Notes under the pieces: generated by a model
The model's database searches: none
What the model saw: the letters and a program-made list of their open reading frames with translations, nothing else
Told to the model about the DNA's origin: nothing
From: an uncultured Gemmatimonadales bacterium
GTDB taxonomy: Bacteria > Gemmatimonadota > Gemmatimonadetes > Longimicrobiales > RSA9
NCBI GenBank assembly: GCA_963741945.1
Contig: CAVUKA010000001.1
Span: forward strand, 544,001 to 608,000
Length of the DNA: 64,000 nucleotides
Reading direction: 5' to 3'
In this document: positions 29,202 through 39,832 of the stretch, piece by piece
Position numbering within the stretch: position 1 is the first letter of the stretch
How the letters are laid out: every line of letters starts with the position of its first letter
Position numbers and translations under genes: made by a program

Positions 29202-31681
29202 TCCAGCTCCGCCACGGTGACGCCGCTCCCGCCCTCGCCGATCCCGCCGGCGCGGTAGGACGCCACCCGGGGGTCGGTGGCCAGCAGCTCGGCGACGACC
29301 TGGCGCAGCACGCCGGTGCCCTTCCCGTGCACGATCCGGAGGCTCGGCAGCCCCGCCTGGATGGCCGCGTCCAGCGCTGGCTGGAGCGTCCCCGCCACTT
29401 CCTCCGCCCGCAGCCCCAGCAGGTGGACTTCCGGCGACGCGTTCACTGTCGGACCACTCCACGCGCCACCCCGCGCCGATGGGGCCGATCCAGCGGCCGG
29501 GCGCTTCCGTGAGCCTCTGCCCGATCCGGACCGCTGCGCCGACCCGGGCTGCCGCCCCGACTCCGGAGCCGGCTCGAGGTCCGTGATCCGCAGGTCGACC
29601 CGCAGGCCGCCCGTTTCCACGGTGGCGCGTCCGTCCCGGACTTCCAGCACCGTCCCCGTGGCACCGGTGGCCGCGATCCGGACCGGGTCGCCGGGCTCGA
29701 GCGCTTCGGCCAGCTCCGGGTCACCGCCCGCACCGCCCCCACCGCCCTCCCGCCGCGGGCGCTTCGCCGGCGCCTTCTCCGCCTGTCGGGTCGCCGCCTG
29801 CTCCACGCGCCGGCGCGCCGCGGTGGCGGCCTCCTCGAACGCTTCGCGGTCCGCCCCCGCTTCCACGGCGCGGCGCAGCTCCTCCACGGCGGCCTCGACC
29901 TCCTGCCGGGCGTTCATCAGGAGGTCGCGCGCCTGCTGTCGGGCGCGCCGCTCCGCGTCCGCCTCACGCCGCCGGACCTCGCGGGCGCGGGCTTCCATCT
30001 CCTCGCGGAGCGTGTCGGCGTCCGATCGGGCCGCCTCCGCCTCCGCCCGCTCCCGCTCGGCGCTGGCCACGGCCTCGGCCAGCTCGCCCTCCTTGGTCTC
30101 CAGTTCCGCGAGCAGCTGCGTGACGTCGCGCTCCCCGCGCGGCAGGAGCGCTTCCGCCCGCCCGAGCAGCGAGTCACGGAACCCGAGCCGGCGAGCGATG
30201 GCCAGCCCGTAGCTGCGGCCGGGGATCCCCTTGAGCAGACGGTACGTGGGCTCCAGCCTCTCGGCATCGAACTGGAGCGACGCATTGACCACGCCCGTTT
30301 CCTCGCCCGCCAGCACCTTGAGCTGCCCAAGGTGCGACGTGGCCACGGTCATGGTCCCTCGCCGCGTCAGCTCCACCAGGATGGCGCGGGCGAGCGCTGC
30401 GCCTTCCTGCGGGTCGGTGCCGCTCCCGATCTCGTCGATCAGGACCAGGGATCGGTGCGTGGCCTCGGCCACGATCTCCCGCAGATTGGAGAGGTGGGCG
30501 GAGAACGTGGAGAGGCTGGCCTCGATGGACTGCTCGTCGCCGATGTCGGCGAAAACGTCGCCGAAGACGGGCAGCCGCGTCCCTTTCGCCACCGGGGGCA
30601 CAATGCCCGCCTGCGCCATCAGGCTGAGCAGGCCGATGCCCTTCAGCAGCACTGTCTTCCCGCCCGTGTTCGGCCCCGAGACCACGAGCGTGCGCTCCCC
30701 CGGGTCGAGCCGGAGATCGAACGGCACCACGTTCCGGTCCGACTCCGCCAGCAGCGGGTGGCGGGCCGCCACCACTTCGTACGCTTCCGCGTCATCGGAC
30801 AGCTCGGGCGGTTCCGCCGCGTGCTCCAGCGCGTACCGGGCGCGGGCGAACAGGGAGTCGAAAGCGACGAGGGCGTCGAGGCTGTCCCGCAGCGCGCCGG
30901 CGTGGGGGCGGAGCCCCTCGGTCAGCTCTTCCAGGATCCGCTGCACTTCGCGCGCTTCCGCCAGCTCCAGCTCGCGCACGCGGTTCATCAGCTCCAGCGC
31001 CATTGGCGGCTCGATGAAGAGCGTGCTCCCCGTGGCGGACTCGTCGTGAACGATGCCGCCCACGCGCGCGCGCCCCTCTCGCCGGACGGGGACCACGTAG
31101 CGGCCTTCCCGCACGGTGACGGAAGCATCCTCGACGCGGTACGACTCCGGCAGTCCGGCCGCGAACCGCTCGAGGCGCGCGACGATGCTGCTCCGCTGCG
31201 CGCGCAGCTCACGGCGGGTGCGGGCGAGGACGGGCGAGGCGTCGTCGCGGACGTCGCCCGCGTCGTCGATGGCGCGGTCGACGACTCGGGCCTCCCCCTC
31301 CAGGTCCGCCATCCGTTCCCGCAGGTCACGCAGTGCCGGCAGCTCCTCCGTGTGCCGCCCCAGCGCCTGGCGCGTCTGCCGGCTGGCGCGCATGAGGCGG
31401 ACGCACTCGAGCAGCGTCCGACCCTCCCAGACGGAGCCGCGCTTGGACAGGCGGATCAGCTCCTGGCGCAGGTCGGGGATCCCGGGCACGGCCCACCCCT
31501 CCGTGCGCTGGACGAACGACATCATGGCGTGCACACGCCCCAGCTCCGCCTCCACCCATGCCCGGGCGTCCGTGGGCTCGAGGGCGCGTACGGCCTCCGC
31601 CCCCAGGTCGCTGGTGGCCCGGCGCGCCACGATGTCCAGTGCGGCGGGGAGCTGCAGAACGCGGAAGGCGTGTCGGTTCAA
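29198..31681 (-). CDS. mutS2: Endonuclease MutS2 (RqcU)
   Basis: SGPNTGGKT, DIGDEQSIEASLSTFS, DEIGSGTDP, KOW-like segment and C-terminal Smr domain (VHGKGTGVLR). Confidence 0.96.
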   Translation of the reverse strand: MNRHAFRVLQLPAALDIVARRATSDLGAEAVRALEPTDARAWVEAELGRVHAMMSFVQRTEGWAVPGIPDLRQELIRLSKRGSVWEGRTLLECVRLMRASRQTRQALGRHTEELPALRDLRERMADLEGEARVVDRAIDDAGDVRDDASPVLARTRRELRAQRSSIVARLERFAAGLPESYRVEDASVTVREGRYVVPVRREGRARVGGIVHDESATGSTLFIEPPMALELMNRVRELELAEAREVQRILEELTEGLRPHAGALRDSLDALVAFDSLFARARYALEHAAEPPELSDDAEAYEVVAARHPLLAESDRNVVPFDLRLDPGERTLVVSGPNTGGKTVLLKGIGLLSLMAQAGIVPPVAKGTRLPVFGDVFADIGDEQSIEASLSTFSAHLSNLREIVAEATHRSLVLIDEIGSGTDPQEGAALARAILVELTRRGTMTVATSHLGQLKVLAGEETGVVNASLQFDAERLEPTYRLLKGIPGRSYGLAIARRLGFRDSLLGRAEALLPRGERDVTQLLAELETKEGELAEAVASAERERAEAEAARSDADTLREEMEARAREVRRREADAERRARQQARDLLMNARQEVEAAVEELRRAVEAGADREAFEEAATAARRRVEQAATRQAEKAPAKRPRREGGGGGAGGDPELAEALEPGDPVRIAATGATGTVLEVRDGRATVETGGLRVDLRITDLEPAPESGRQPGSAQRSGSGRGSRKRPAAGSAPSARGGAWSGPTVNASPEVHLLGLRAEEVAGTLQPALDAAIQAGLPSLRIVHGKGTGVLRQVVAELLATDPRVASYRAGGIGEGGSGVTVAELE

Positions 31682-32112
31682 AGCTCCTCGCGCACGATCC
31701 GACTCGCTTCCTTGCCATCGAAGCGGCCCTTGATACGGGGCATGAGCGCCCCCATCACCGCGCCCAGCTCCGTCGCCCCACCCTCGATCAGCTCGCGCAC
31801 CATTGCGCGCACTTCCGCTTCCGACAGCCGCGCGGGCATGTACGCGCGCAGCATGGTGGCCTCGTGCTCCTCCTTCTCCGCCAGCGCGTCCCGCTCCGCC
31901 GACCGCATCTGCGCCGCCGACTCCCTGCGCTGCTTGATGGCCCGCGCCACGACCTCGATGACGTCCTCATCGGCCAGGTCGCGGCCCAGCTCGATCTCCC
32001 GATTGCGGACCTCGGACAGCGTGGTGGTCAGCAACAGGATCCTCGGCCGGTCCTGCGAGCGCCGCGCCTCGTTCAGGTCGGCACGCAGCCGCTCCTTCAA
32101 TGTGCCATCCAT
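31678..32112 (-). CDS. yqeY: GatB/YqeY domain protein
   Basis: LKERL..DL..A, KQRRES, E.E...L..YMP and GAVMG..M...KGRFDG. Confidence 0.93.
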   Translation of the reverse strand: MDGTLKERLRADLNEARRSQDRPRILLLTTTLSEVRNREIELGRDLADEDVIEVVARAIKQRRESAAQMRSAERDALAEKEEHEATMLRAYMPARLSEAEVRAMVRELIEGGATELGAVMGALMPRIKGRFDGKEASRIVREEL

Positions 32113-32206
32113 TCTGTCCCACTCCTCTCGGTGCTCGACGCGTCCAGCCATTCCAGCGCCCCGGGCTCCCCTTCATCATGGGAGCCCCGGCACCCGGAGG
32201 GCCACC

Positions 32207-32872
32207 ATGAACGATTCCCTGCTCGACGACGCCGCCCGCGAGATCTTCGCGGCGCCCCACCCCGCCACGCCGCTACCGGACCTCGCTCGCCGCCTCGGCC
32301 GCACCGGCCGGGCCGAGATGACCGACCTCGAGCAGCGGCTCCGCGGCGATCCGCGCTTCCTCGTGCTCGCTCCGCCTCCCCTCCTCCAGCTCGACGGCGA
32401 GAACCGGCGGGTCTACGACGCGGCGCTGGAGGCCGCCGGGTTCCGGTCGGCCGCGCTGATCGTCGCCGCGCCCGACGCGGCCTACCAGCTCGACGACACC
32501 CGCCCTCGTGCAGCGGCTCGCGACGGCACCGGTCACGATGCCGCGGCTCGTGGCGGCGCCGCCCCGGCCGACATCCCCGCGCTCCTGCGCACCACCATCC
32601 GGGACGTGCTTGCGGCTCACCCGTCCTTCGGCCTGGCCGCGGCCGGAGCGCGCAGCTACGGCGCGCTGGCGCCGGCCATCACTGCGCTGCCTTCAGCAGC
32701 GCCGACCACCACTCCCCCTCCACGTCTTCCCGGACCACGTCCAGCGCCGCTTCCGCCGCGGCCGCGCGGACACCGGCCGCCTCGGACTCCAGGATCCCGG
32801 CCAGAATCAGCCGGCCGCCCGGCGCCAGTGCATCCCGGAACGACGGCAGGAGGGGGACGAGGACCCCGCTGA
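32207..32872 (+). CDS. Hypothetical protein (only full-length plus-strand gene)
   Basis: GGAGG RBS 6 nt before ATG 32207; high-GC3 codons; fills the gap between yqeY and prmA. The 3' end overlaps prmA convergently by about 190 bp. Confidence 0.65.
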   Translation: MNDSLLDDAAREIFAAPHPATPLPDLARRLGRTGRAEMTDLEQRLRGDPRFLVLAPPPLLQLDGENRRVYDAALEAAGFRSAALIVAAPDAAYQLDDTRPRAAARDGTGHDAAARGGAAPADIPALLRTTIRDVLAAHPSFGLAAAGARSYGALAPAITALPSAAPTTTPPPRLPGPRPAPLPPRPRGHRPPRTPGSRPESAGRPAPVHPGTTAGGGRGPR

Positions 32873-33545
32873 GCACGTTCGCGGCGATGACGTGGAAGCC
32901 GTCGCCCCGATGCGCAGCCAGGTAGGCGTCGTCCACCGCCGCGTGCACCAGGTCGATGTCGCCGGCCACGCCGTTGCGCTCCAGGTTCTCCTGGGCCGTT
33001 CCCAGCGAGCCCGCATCGGATTCCACGGCGAGCACCCGCTGCGCGCCCAGGCGGACGGCGGCGATGGAGAGGATGCCCGTGCCTGCGCCCACGTCCAGCA
33101 CGCGGTCTCCGGCAGCCACGGCGCTCTCCAGCAGGCGCAGCGCTCCCCGGGTGCTGGCGTGCTCCCCCGTCCCGAAGGCCGACGCGGGGTCGACCACGAT
33201 GACGATGCCCGCTCCTTCCGCGGCCACGGGGTTCCACGGCTGCGTCACGGTGATCCGGTCGCCCACGCGGCGCGGGGCGAGCCCCTCCTTCCAGCGCCGG
33301 CTCCAGTCCTCGTCGTCCTGCCAGCGCCAGAGCATCTCCAGCTCGGTCCCCGCAAGGGCGCGGACGTGATCCGCGGCGCCGGAAAGGAACCCGTCCACAT
33401 CCTCGGGCTCCGGGACGTAGGTGGTGAGGAGGTCCAGCTCCTGCTCCACCGCGCTTCCCCCCAATGCGACGAGCCCCCCGGCGAGCTCGTCCACCAGCTC
33501 CACCGAAGGGACCCGAACGGTCAGGACCAGCCAGCGGTCCGGCAT
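32679..33545 (-). CDS. prmA: Ribosomal protein L11 methyltransferase
   Basis: EDWSRRWK, AFGTGEHASTR, LDVGAGTGILSI, ANVL and LILAGIL. Confidence 0.95.
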   Translation of the reverse strand: MPDRWLVLTVRVPSVELVDELAGGLVALGGSAVEQELDLLTTYVPEPEDVDGFLSGAADHVRALAGTELEMLWRWQDDEDWSRRWKEGLAPRRVGDRITVTQPWNPVAAEGAGIVIVVDPASAFGTGEHASTRGALRLLESAVAAGDRVLDVGAGTGILSIAAVRLGAQRVLAVESDAGSLGTAQENLERNGVAGDIDLVHAAVDDAYLAAHRGDGFHVIAANVLSGVLVPLLPSFRDALAPGGRLILAGILESEAAGVRAAAAEAALDVVREDVEGEWWSALLKAAQ

Positions 33546-34702
33546 CAGGCAGTGAACGCCTGGCGCACCCGGCTCCAGAACCCGCCCGCCTCCCCCGGCT
33601 TCTCGACCGATTCGGGGGCCGCGGACTCCACGCTCCGAAGCTCACGGATGAGCTTCTCCTCCTCCGCTCCCGGGTCCTTCGGGATCCAGACCACGATCCG
33701 CACCAGCAGGTCTCCATGCCCGGCCGCCTGCAGCCGCGGCAGTCCCTCGCCACGTACCCGGATCATGGTGCCGGACTGGGTGCCCCCGGGAATGTGGATC
33801 TCCGTGGACCCCAGCACCGTGGGCACTTCCACGCGGTCTCCCAGCACGGCCTGCGCATACGTCACCGGGAGCTCGTAGTACAGGTCCGCGCCCTCCCGAG
33901 CGAAACGGTGGTCCTCCTCCACCTCGATCACCACGTAGACATCGCCCCGGGGGCCATTCCGCCGGCCCGCGCTCCCCTTCCCGCGCAGCGTGATGTAGTC
34001 GCCGCTGGAGACGCCCGCAGGAACGTCCACTTCGAGCGTGGTCTCGCCCCGGCTCACGCCCTGACCGCCGCACGCCCCGCACGGCTGCTCCACCACACGC
34101 CCCTCGCCGCCACACGTGGGACACGGCGTCACGCTCATGAGCTGCCCGAGCATGGACCGCTGGACCCGGCGCACTTCGCCGGCGCCGCCACACGTCTGGC
34201 AGGTCACCGGCTCGGCCCCGCCCTCGGCGCCCGTGCCGCCGCACACCTCGCACGCGTCCAGGACCTGGACCTTCAGCGTCTTCTTCACGCCCTCGGCCAC
34301 GTCCGCCAGCGTGATCGGCAGCCGGATGCGGGCGTCCGGGCCCTTCTGCGGGCCGCCACGGCGGCCGCTGCGGCGCCCACCGCCGAACAGGTCCTCCAGC
34401 CCGAACGCGCCGAAGTCCCGCATGAAGACGTTCAGCGCGTCGGCGAAGTCGAAGCCGGTGAAGCCAGCGCCGCCACCACCACCCTTCAGCCCCGCGTGGC
34501 CGAAGCGGTCATACGTGGCCCGCTTCTGCGCGTCGCGCAGGACCTCGTAGGCCTCGGTGGCCTCCTTGAACTTCTCTTCCGCCTCTTTCTCCCCGCCGTT
34601 GCGGTCGGGGTGGTACTTCAGGGCGAGCTTCCGGTACGCCTTCTTGATGGCATCCCCGTCGGCACCCCGGTCCACTCCCAGAATCTCGTAGTAGTCTCGC
34701 AT
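33545..34702 (-). CDS. dnaJ: Chaperone DnaJ
   Basis: J domain with HPD, G/F-rich region and four CxxCxGxG repeats. Confidence 0.99.
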   Translation of the reverse strand: MRDYYEILGVDRGADGDAIKKAYRKLALKYHPDRNGGEKEAEEKFKEATEAYEVLRDAQKRATYDRFGHAGLKGGGGGAGFTGFDFADALNVFMRDFGAFGLEDLFGGGRRSGRRGGPQKGPDARIRLPITLADVAEGVKKTLKVQVLDACEVCGGTGAEGGAEPVTCQTCGGAGEVRRVQRSMLGQLMSVTPCPTCGGEGRVVEQPCGACGGQGVSRGETTLEVDVPAGVSSGDYITLRGKGSAGRRNGPRGDVYVVIEVEEDHRFAREGADLYYELPVTYAQAVLGDRVEVPTVLGSTEIHIPGGTQSGTMIRVRGEGLPRLQAAGHGDLLVRIVVWIPKDPGAEEEKLIRELRSVESAAPESVEKPGEAGGFWSRVRQAFTA

Positions 34703-34712
34703 CCCGTTGCGT

Positions 34713-35789
34713 TCAGTTCGTCATGTCCGGCGGATCCCGGTCCACCGCCGGGCTGTACAGCTCCGAAACGATCCGGCTCGTGTTGTCCACGATGGTGACC
34801 ACCTTGTCATACGGCATCCGCGTCGGGCCGATCACTCCGATCACCCCGATCAGCTCGCCCACCTGGTACTCGCAGGTCACCAGGGTGAACCCGCTCAACT
34901 CCGGCAGCTGGTTCTCCGTGCCGATGCTGATCTGCAGCCGCCGCTCGTGGTCCCGCGACGCCAGCACCCGGCCCAGAAGGTCCCGCTGCTCCGTCAGTTG
35001 AATCAGCTCCCGCAGCTCCCGCCCCGACTCGAACTCCGGCTGGCTCGCCAGCACGCTCGTGTAACCGAGGTGCACTTCCTCGCCCGACAGGTCGAAGAAC
35101 TCCTCCCCGGACTGCAGGAAGATGTTCAGCAGCTCCGTCGCCGGAGCGTCCGCCGCGGGCGCCGCATCGCGCAGGCGGTCGGGCAGCGTGGCGCGGATGG
35201 CCGCCATCGTCTGGCCGGCCAGCCGCTCGTTCAGCACCACGGTCAGTGACAGCAGCGTCTCCCGCGGCACCGACAGCGGCAGGTCCACGTACACCGTTCG
35301 CACGATGCCGTTTCGCAGCGTCAGGACCAGGAGCACCTTCTCGGCCGACAGCGCCACCAGCTCCAGCCGCTCCAGCACCACTTCGTCGACGGAGGGCGCG
35401 ATGGCCAGACCCAGCTCGCCGGTCAGCAGCCCCATGACCTGCGTGGCGCGGCGCACGAGCCGCTCCAGCGGCCCCAGCACTCCACCCTCCAGCTCCTCGC
35501 GGAGCTTCCGTGTCTGGGCGGGGCTGAACCGCTTCGGCCGCATCAGCGTGTCCACGTAGAAGCGGTACGCCTGGTCCGTGGGGATCCGGCCGGCCGACGT
35601 GTGGGGGTGGAACAGGAATCCCTTGTCCTCCAGGTCGGCCATGGTGTTGCGCACCGTGGCCGGCGAGATGCCCAGATGGAAGCGCTTGGCTACCGTCCGG
35701 CTCCCCGCCGGCTCGGCCGTCTCCACGTACGTCCGGATGACTGCATCCAGGACGCGCTGTTCCCGTTCAGTGAGCGCTGCTCCACTCAT
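34713..35789 (-). CDS. hrcA: Heat-inducible transcription repressor HrcA
   Basis: [29 protein letters not shown] and [10 protein letters not shown]. Confidence 0.98.
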   Translation of the reverse strand: MSGAALTEREQRVLDAVIRTYVETAEPAGSRTVAKRFHLGISPATVRNTMADLEDKGFLFHPHTSAGRIPTDQAYRFYVDTLMRPKRFSPAQTRKLREELEGGVLGPLERLVRRATQVMGLLTGELGLAIAPSVDEVVLERLELVALSAEKVLLVLTLRNGIVRTVYVDLPLSVPRETLLSLTVVLNERLAGQTMAAIRATLPDRLRDAAPAADAPATELLNIFLQSGEEFFDLSGEEVHLGYTSVLASQPEFESGRELRELIQLTEQRDLLGRVLASRDHERRLQISIGTENQLPELSGFTLVTCEYQVGELIGVIGVIGPTRMPYDKVVTIVDNTSRIVSELYSPAVDRDPPDMTN

Positions 35790-35875
35790 CGCCAGATCGT
35801 TTGGATCATTGGATCGTCACCGCCCCCTACTATGACGCCACCGACGTCCGATCTCAAGCGACGTGCCCCCGCGGC

Positions 35876-37006
35876 TCATGCGGCCACCCCGTCCAGCTCC
35901 ACCGCGAGCCGGTCCAGCAGCAGCCATCCCTGCACCGTCAGCCGCACCCTTCCGTCGCTCCGCTCCGCCCAGCCGCGCGCCTCCCACTCCGCCACGCGCG
36001 CGGACTGGTCCGTGCCCAGAGCCTCGGCCGCGAGCCCCTCACGCGTCCGGAGCCCCAGCCAGATCGATTCCAGCCGCGCCTCCGCCGGTCCGATGGCCTC
36101 CTCGCCCGCCATGGGCGACCGCCCTTCAGCCACCGCCTGTCGGTACGCGTTCCAGTCCCTCTGGTTCCACCAGCGCCGCGCGCCCACGAAAGAGTGCGCG
36201 CCATTGCCCAGCCCCAGGTATGCCGAGCCGCGCCAGTACGCGGAATTGTGGCGCGACCACCGCCCCGGCCGCGCGAAATTCGACACCTCGTAGTGCTCGT
36301 ACCCGGCCGCGCTGATCCGCCGGGCCACGTCCAGGTACTCGTCCCCGTACCGGTCCGGGTCGGGCGCGCTCTCGCGCCCCTCCCGCACCCACCGACCCAG
36401 CGGGGTGGTGGGCTCCACGGTCAGGCCGTACACGGAGATGTGCTCCGGCTCCAGGGCGAGGATCGCATCGATGTCCGCGCCGAGATCGCGACCCAGGCGT
36501 TCCGGCAACCCGAAGATCAGGTCCAGCCCGATGTTCTCCACCCCCGCGTCCCGGGCAACACGGACCGCGCGGCCGGGGCCGTCCGGTCCGTGCAGCCGCC
36601 CCATCCACCGCAGCGTCGGCCCGTGGAACGTCTGCGCCCCGAAGCTCACCCGGTTCACCCCGGCGGCCACCCAGTCCCGGGCCAGCCCGGGCGTGAAGCT
36701 TTCCGGGTTCGCTTCGGCCGTGACTTCCGCCCCCGGCTCGAGCACGACGCGCTCGCCCACTCCGTCCAGCAGCCGCCCGAACCCGCCTTCTCCCAGCAGC
36801 GACGGCGTTCCGCCCCCGAGATAGAGCGTGCGCAGGCGCAGCGGATCGGCCCAGCCGCGGGCGGCCGCGACCAGGGCCAGCTCCGCGGAGATCGCTTCCG
36901 CCCATGCGGAGACCGGCGGCTTCCTCGCCACGGTCACGGCGAAGTCGCAGTAGCTGCACCGACGGGCGCAGAACGGAGCGTGGACGTAGAGGTATTCCGG
37001 TGTCAC
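35876..37006 (-). CDS. hemW: Radical SAM heme chaperone HemW
   Basis: YVHAPFCARRCSYCDF, GGGTPS, YEVSNFA and HNSAYW (HemW-type HNxxYW motif); sits upstream of hrcA. Confidence 0.92.
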   Translation of the reverse strand: MTPEYLYVHAPFCARRCSYCDFAVTVARKPPVSAWAEAISAELALVAAARGWADPLRLRTLYLGGGTPSLLGEGGFGRLLDGVGERVVLEPGAEVTAEANPESFTPGLARDWVAAGVNRVSFGAQTFHGPTLRWMGRLHGPDGPGRAVRVARDAGVENIGLDLIFGLPERLGRDLGADIDAILALEPEHISVYGLTVEPTTPLGRWVREGRESAPDPDRYGDEYLDVARRISAAGYEHYEVSNFARPGRWSRHNSAYWRGSAYLGLGNGAHSFVGARRWWNQRDWNAYRQAVAEGRSPMAGEEAIGPAEARLESIWLGLRTREGLAAEALGTDQSARVAEWEARGWAERSDGRVRLTVQGWLLLDRLAVELDGVAA

Positions 37007-37037
37007 GACACTGGATACCCGCGGCCCGGCCGGCGGT

Positions 37038-38258
37038 TCAGGCGCGGGTGAAGCGGAGCCCGGGGAGCTGTCGCGCGTGCCCCTGGATCTCGAGCGCCAG
37101 AAGCGAAGCCAGTCCCTGCCCCACCTCCAGCCCCAGCTCGGCGGTCAGCTCGTCCACGTGTCGCGGCCCGGACGCCATTCTCCGCCAGAGCGCGAGCCCC
37201 AGCCCGGAGAGACCCGGCGGCGCCACGTCCACGTCCGCGCCCGGCGGAGGGAGCGGAAGGCCCAGAAGCGAGAGCACCTCGGCGGCGCTCGTCACGAGCT
37301 TCACGCCATCGCGGATCAGCGCGTTCGTGCCCTCGCTGGCGCGGCTGTCCACCGCTCCGGGCACCGCGTAGACCTCGCGCCCCAGGTTCGCGGCGATCCC
37401 GACCGTGATGAGCGCGCCACTGCTCGCGGGCGCTTCCACCACGACCACGCCCCGGGCCAGCGCGGCCAGGATGCGGTTCCGGCGGGGAAAATTGTGGGCG
37501 GCCGCCGGGGTGCCCGGCAGCTGCTCGGAGAGGAGAAGGCCCTCACGGGCGATCGCCTGCTGGAGATCGGCGTTCTCCCGGGGATACGCCACGTCCAGCC
37601 CCGACCCCACGACCCCCACCGTCCGCGCGGGTCCGGCCGCACGGTGCGCCGCCCCGTCGATGCCGCGGGCCAGCCCGCTGATCACGCACACGCCCGACGC
37701 AGCGATCCCCGTCGCGATCCGCGCGGCCGCTTCCAGCCCCGTCCTCGTACACGAGCGCGTCCCCACGATGGCCACCAGGGGGCCGTCCAGCAGCTCGAGC
37801 CGCCCCAGCGCGAACAGGGGGTAGGGCGGCGCATCGAGCTCGACGAGCGCCCGCGGATACTCGGGCATTCGCGGCGTGAGGACGTGCATGCCCAGCGCCC
37901 GGATCGCACCCAGGGAGCGGGCCGCCCACCCCGCCGCGCGCGCCCGCTCCCCCGGCGTGGTCCGGCGCCGCACGTCCGCCGCCAGGCGCTCGAACACTGC
38001 CGCGCGCTCCGCGTCCGTGGCGCCTCGGGCGGCCTCCAGCGACGCAGTGATCTGCGCCGCCGCTGCGGCCCGCGCCTTCCGGTCGCCCGGCACCTCCTTC
38101 GACCACGCCCGCAACCGGCCGCTCCCCACCCCCGTGAGCGCCAGCGCTTCCAGGAGCGCCCGGAGCTCCAGCTCCCCCGGACGCACGGGCCTCAGGGCCG
38201 CCACGGCTCCGGCTCGTCCTCCGCCGCACCCTCCACGCGTGAGCGGAGCTGCCGCCAT
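37038..38258 (-). CDS. dprA: DNA-processing protein DprA
   Basis: [42 protein letters not shown] and a C-terminal winged helix. Start is uncertain; this call overlaps obgE. Confidence 0.92.
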   Translation of the reverse strand: MAAAPLTRGGCGGGRAGAVAALRPVRPGELELRALLEALALTGVGSGRLRAWSKEVPGDRKARAAAAAQITASLEAARGATDAERAAVFERLAADVRRRTTPGERARAAGWAARSLGAIRALGMHVLTPRMPEYPRALVELDAPPYPLFALGRLELLDGPLVAIVGTRSCTRTGLEAAARIATGIAASGVCVISGLARGIDGAAHRAAGPARTVGVVGSGLDVAYPRENADLQQAIAREGLLLSEQLPGTPAAAHNFPRRNRILAALARGVVVVEAPASSGALITVGIAANLGREVYAVPGAVDSRASEGTNALIRDGVKLVTSAAEVLSLLGLPLPPPGADVDVAPPGLSGLGLALWRRMASGPRHVDELTAELGLEVGQGLASLLALEIQGHARQLPGLRFTRA

Positions 38259-39220
38259 ACGCCTTCCTTCCACTCGTCCACGCCCTCGCCCGTCACGGCC
38301 GAAACCACGTAGCCGCCCCACATCCCTTCGGGCACCACCACCTCCGGCCGCTGGTCGGGGCCGAGCAGGTCCGCCTTGGTCAGCACCATGCACGCCGGCT
38401 TCTCCGCCAGCGTCTCCGAGTACGCGGCCAGTTCGGCCCGGAGCGTCGCCAGCTCCTCGGCGGGATCCTCGCTGTCGGCGGGGACGAGGAACGCCAGGCA
38501 ACGCGTCCGCTCGATGTGGCGGAGGAACTGCAGCCCGAGCCCCTTCCCTTCGTGCGCCCCTTCGATGATGCCGGGGATGTCCGCCAGCACGAACGAGCGG
38601 CCGGCACCCGGCAGCTCCACCACGCCGAGGTTGGGCTGCAGCGTGGTGAACGGGTAATCGGCCACTTTCGGACGCGCCGCCGACACGCGCGACAGGAGCG
38701 TGGACTTCCCTGCGTTCGGCAAGCCCACCAGTCCCACATCGGCAATGAGCTTCAGCTCCAGCCGGATCCGCCGCTCCTCACCCGGCTCCCCGGGCTCCCA
38801 CTCCCGCGGGGCCCGGTTCGTGGGCGACGCGAACGCCGCGTTCCCCCGGCCGCCCCGACCGCCGCGGGCCACGACCAGCTCGTCACCATCCTCCAGCAGC
38901 TCGCCCAGCCGCTCGTCGGTGTCGGCATCCGTGACGTACGTGCCCGGCGGGACGCGAAGGTAGAGGTCCTCGCCGCTCCGCCCCGTCCGGTTCTTGCCCT
39001 GGCCGTGCTGCCCCCGGTCCGCCTTGTGGTGCTCCCGGTAGCGGTAGTCCAGCAGTGTGCTCAGCTGCGCGTCCGCGCGCAGGATCACGTCGCCGCCGTG
39101 GCCGCCATCGCCGCCCGACGGCCCGCCACGGGGCACGAACGTTTCCCGCCGGAACGCTTCCGCACCGGCGCCGCCGGGGCCGCCATAGACATGGATCGTG
39201 ACCTGATCGACGAACAGCAC
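38192..39220 (-). CDS. obgE: GTPase ObgE/CgtA
   Basis: [29 protein letters not shown] and DIPG. Confidence 0.98.
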   Translation of the reverse strand: MLFVDQVTIHVYGGPGGAGAEAFRRETFVPRGGPSGGDGGHGGDVILRADAQLSTLLDYRYREHHKADRGQHGQGKNRTGRSGEDLYLRVPPGTYVTDADTDERLGELLEDGDELVVARGGRGGRGNAAFASPTNRAPREWEPGEPGEERRIRLELKLIADVGLVGLPNAGKSTLLSRVSAARPKVADYPFTTLQPNLGVVELPGAGRSFVLADIPGIIEGAHEGKGLGLQFLRHIERTRCLAFLVPADSEDPAEELATLRAELAAYSETLAEKPACMVLTKADLLGPDQRPEVVVPEGMWGGYVVSAVTGEGVDEWKEGVWRQLRSRVEGAAEDEPEPWRP

Positions 39221-39832
39221 TCACTCCTCCTGCATTCGGTTCCAGCGTGCGTACACGCGTTCCCACACCCGCACCGCCTCCCGCGCCCGCTCGTCGCCAA
39301 TGATGTCGGCGATAGCGTCCAGCGCGGCTTCCAGCTCCGCGGGCGGCACGCCCACGTTCAGGCACCCGCGCAGATGCGAATGCAGCTGACGCCGGGCCTC
39401 CGTCCCGCTGAGCAGCATGGCGATGCACAGCTCCCGGACCCGCAGCTCGAGCCCCGGCCGGCCCAGCACCTTGCCGTATCCCTCCGCGACCGCCCACCGG
39501 TCCAGGTCCGGGTGGACGCCCGCCATGACTTCGCGCAGCGCTTCGTACTGGTGGCCGTAGACCGCCCGGCACACGCGCTCGCCCCGCGCTTCCCACTCCC
39601 CCGGCGCCGCCGCCGGCGTCGGCGCGGGCGGCGGACGACCGGTACGGCGTCGCCACAATCCCAGCGCGTTCAGCGCCGCGGGGTAGCCGAGGAAGAGGTA
39701 GCTCTGAAGCAGCACTTCCTCAGCCGCGCTCCCGTCGACCCGGTGCGCCGCGTCCATCGCCTCGGCCTGTGCCACCTCCGATGACGTCAGCGACGCCGCG
39801 AGCCGGGCCAGCACCCGGGTGCGCTCATCCAT
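39221..39832 (-). CDS. Carboxymuconolactone decarboxylase (CMD/AhpD-like) family protein
   Basis: EVLLQSYLFLGYP, GYGKVLGRPGL..RVREL and SHLRGCLNVG; strong GGAGG RBS. Confidence 0.85.
   Translation of the reverse strand: MDERTRVLARLAASLTSSEVAQAEAMDAAHRVDGSAAEEVLLQSYLFLGYPAALNALGLWRRRTGRPPPAPTPAAAPGEWEARGERVCRAVYGHQYEALREVMAGVHPDLDRWAVAEGYGKVLGRPGLELRVRELCIAMLLSGTEARRQLHSHLRGCLNVGVPPAELEAALDAIADIIGDERAREAVRVWERVYARWNRMQEE

Noticed and set aside
30332-32206. 5' part of the 846-aa plus-strand ORF
   Set aside because: It is antisense to mutS2 and yqeY; only the portion from ATG 32207, which has an RBS, looks coding.
35790-35875. CIRCE element upstream of hrcA
   Set aside because: No TTAGCACTC-N9-GAGTGCTAA or close variant is visible.
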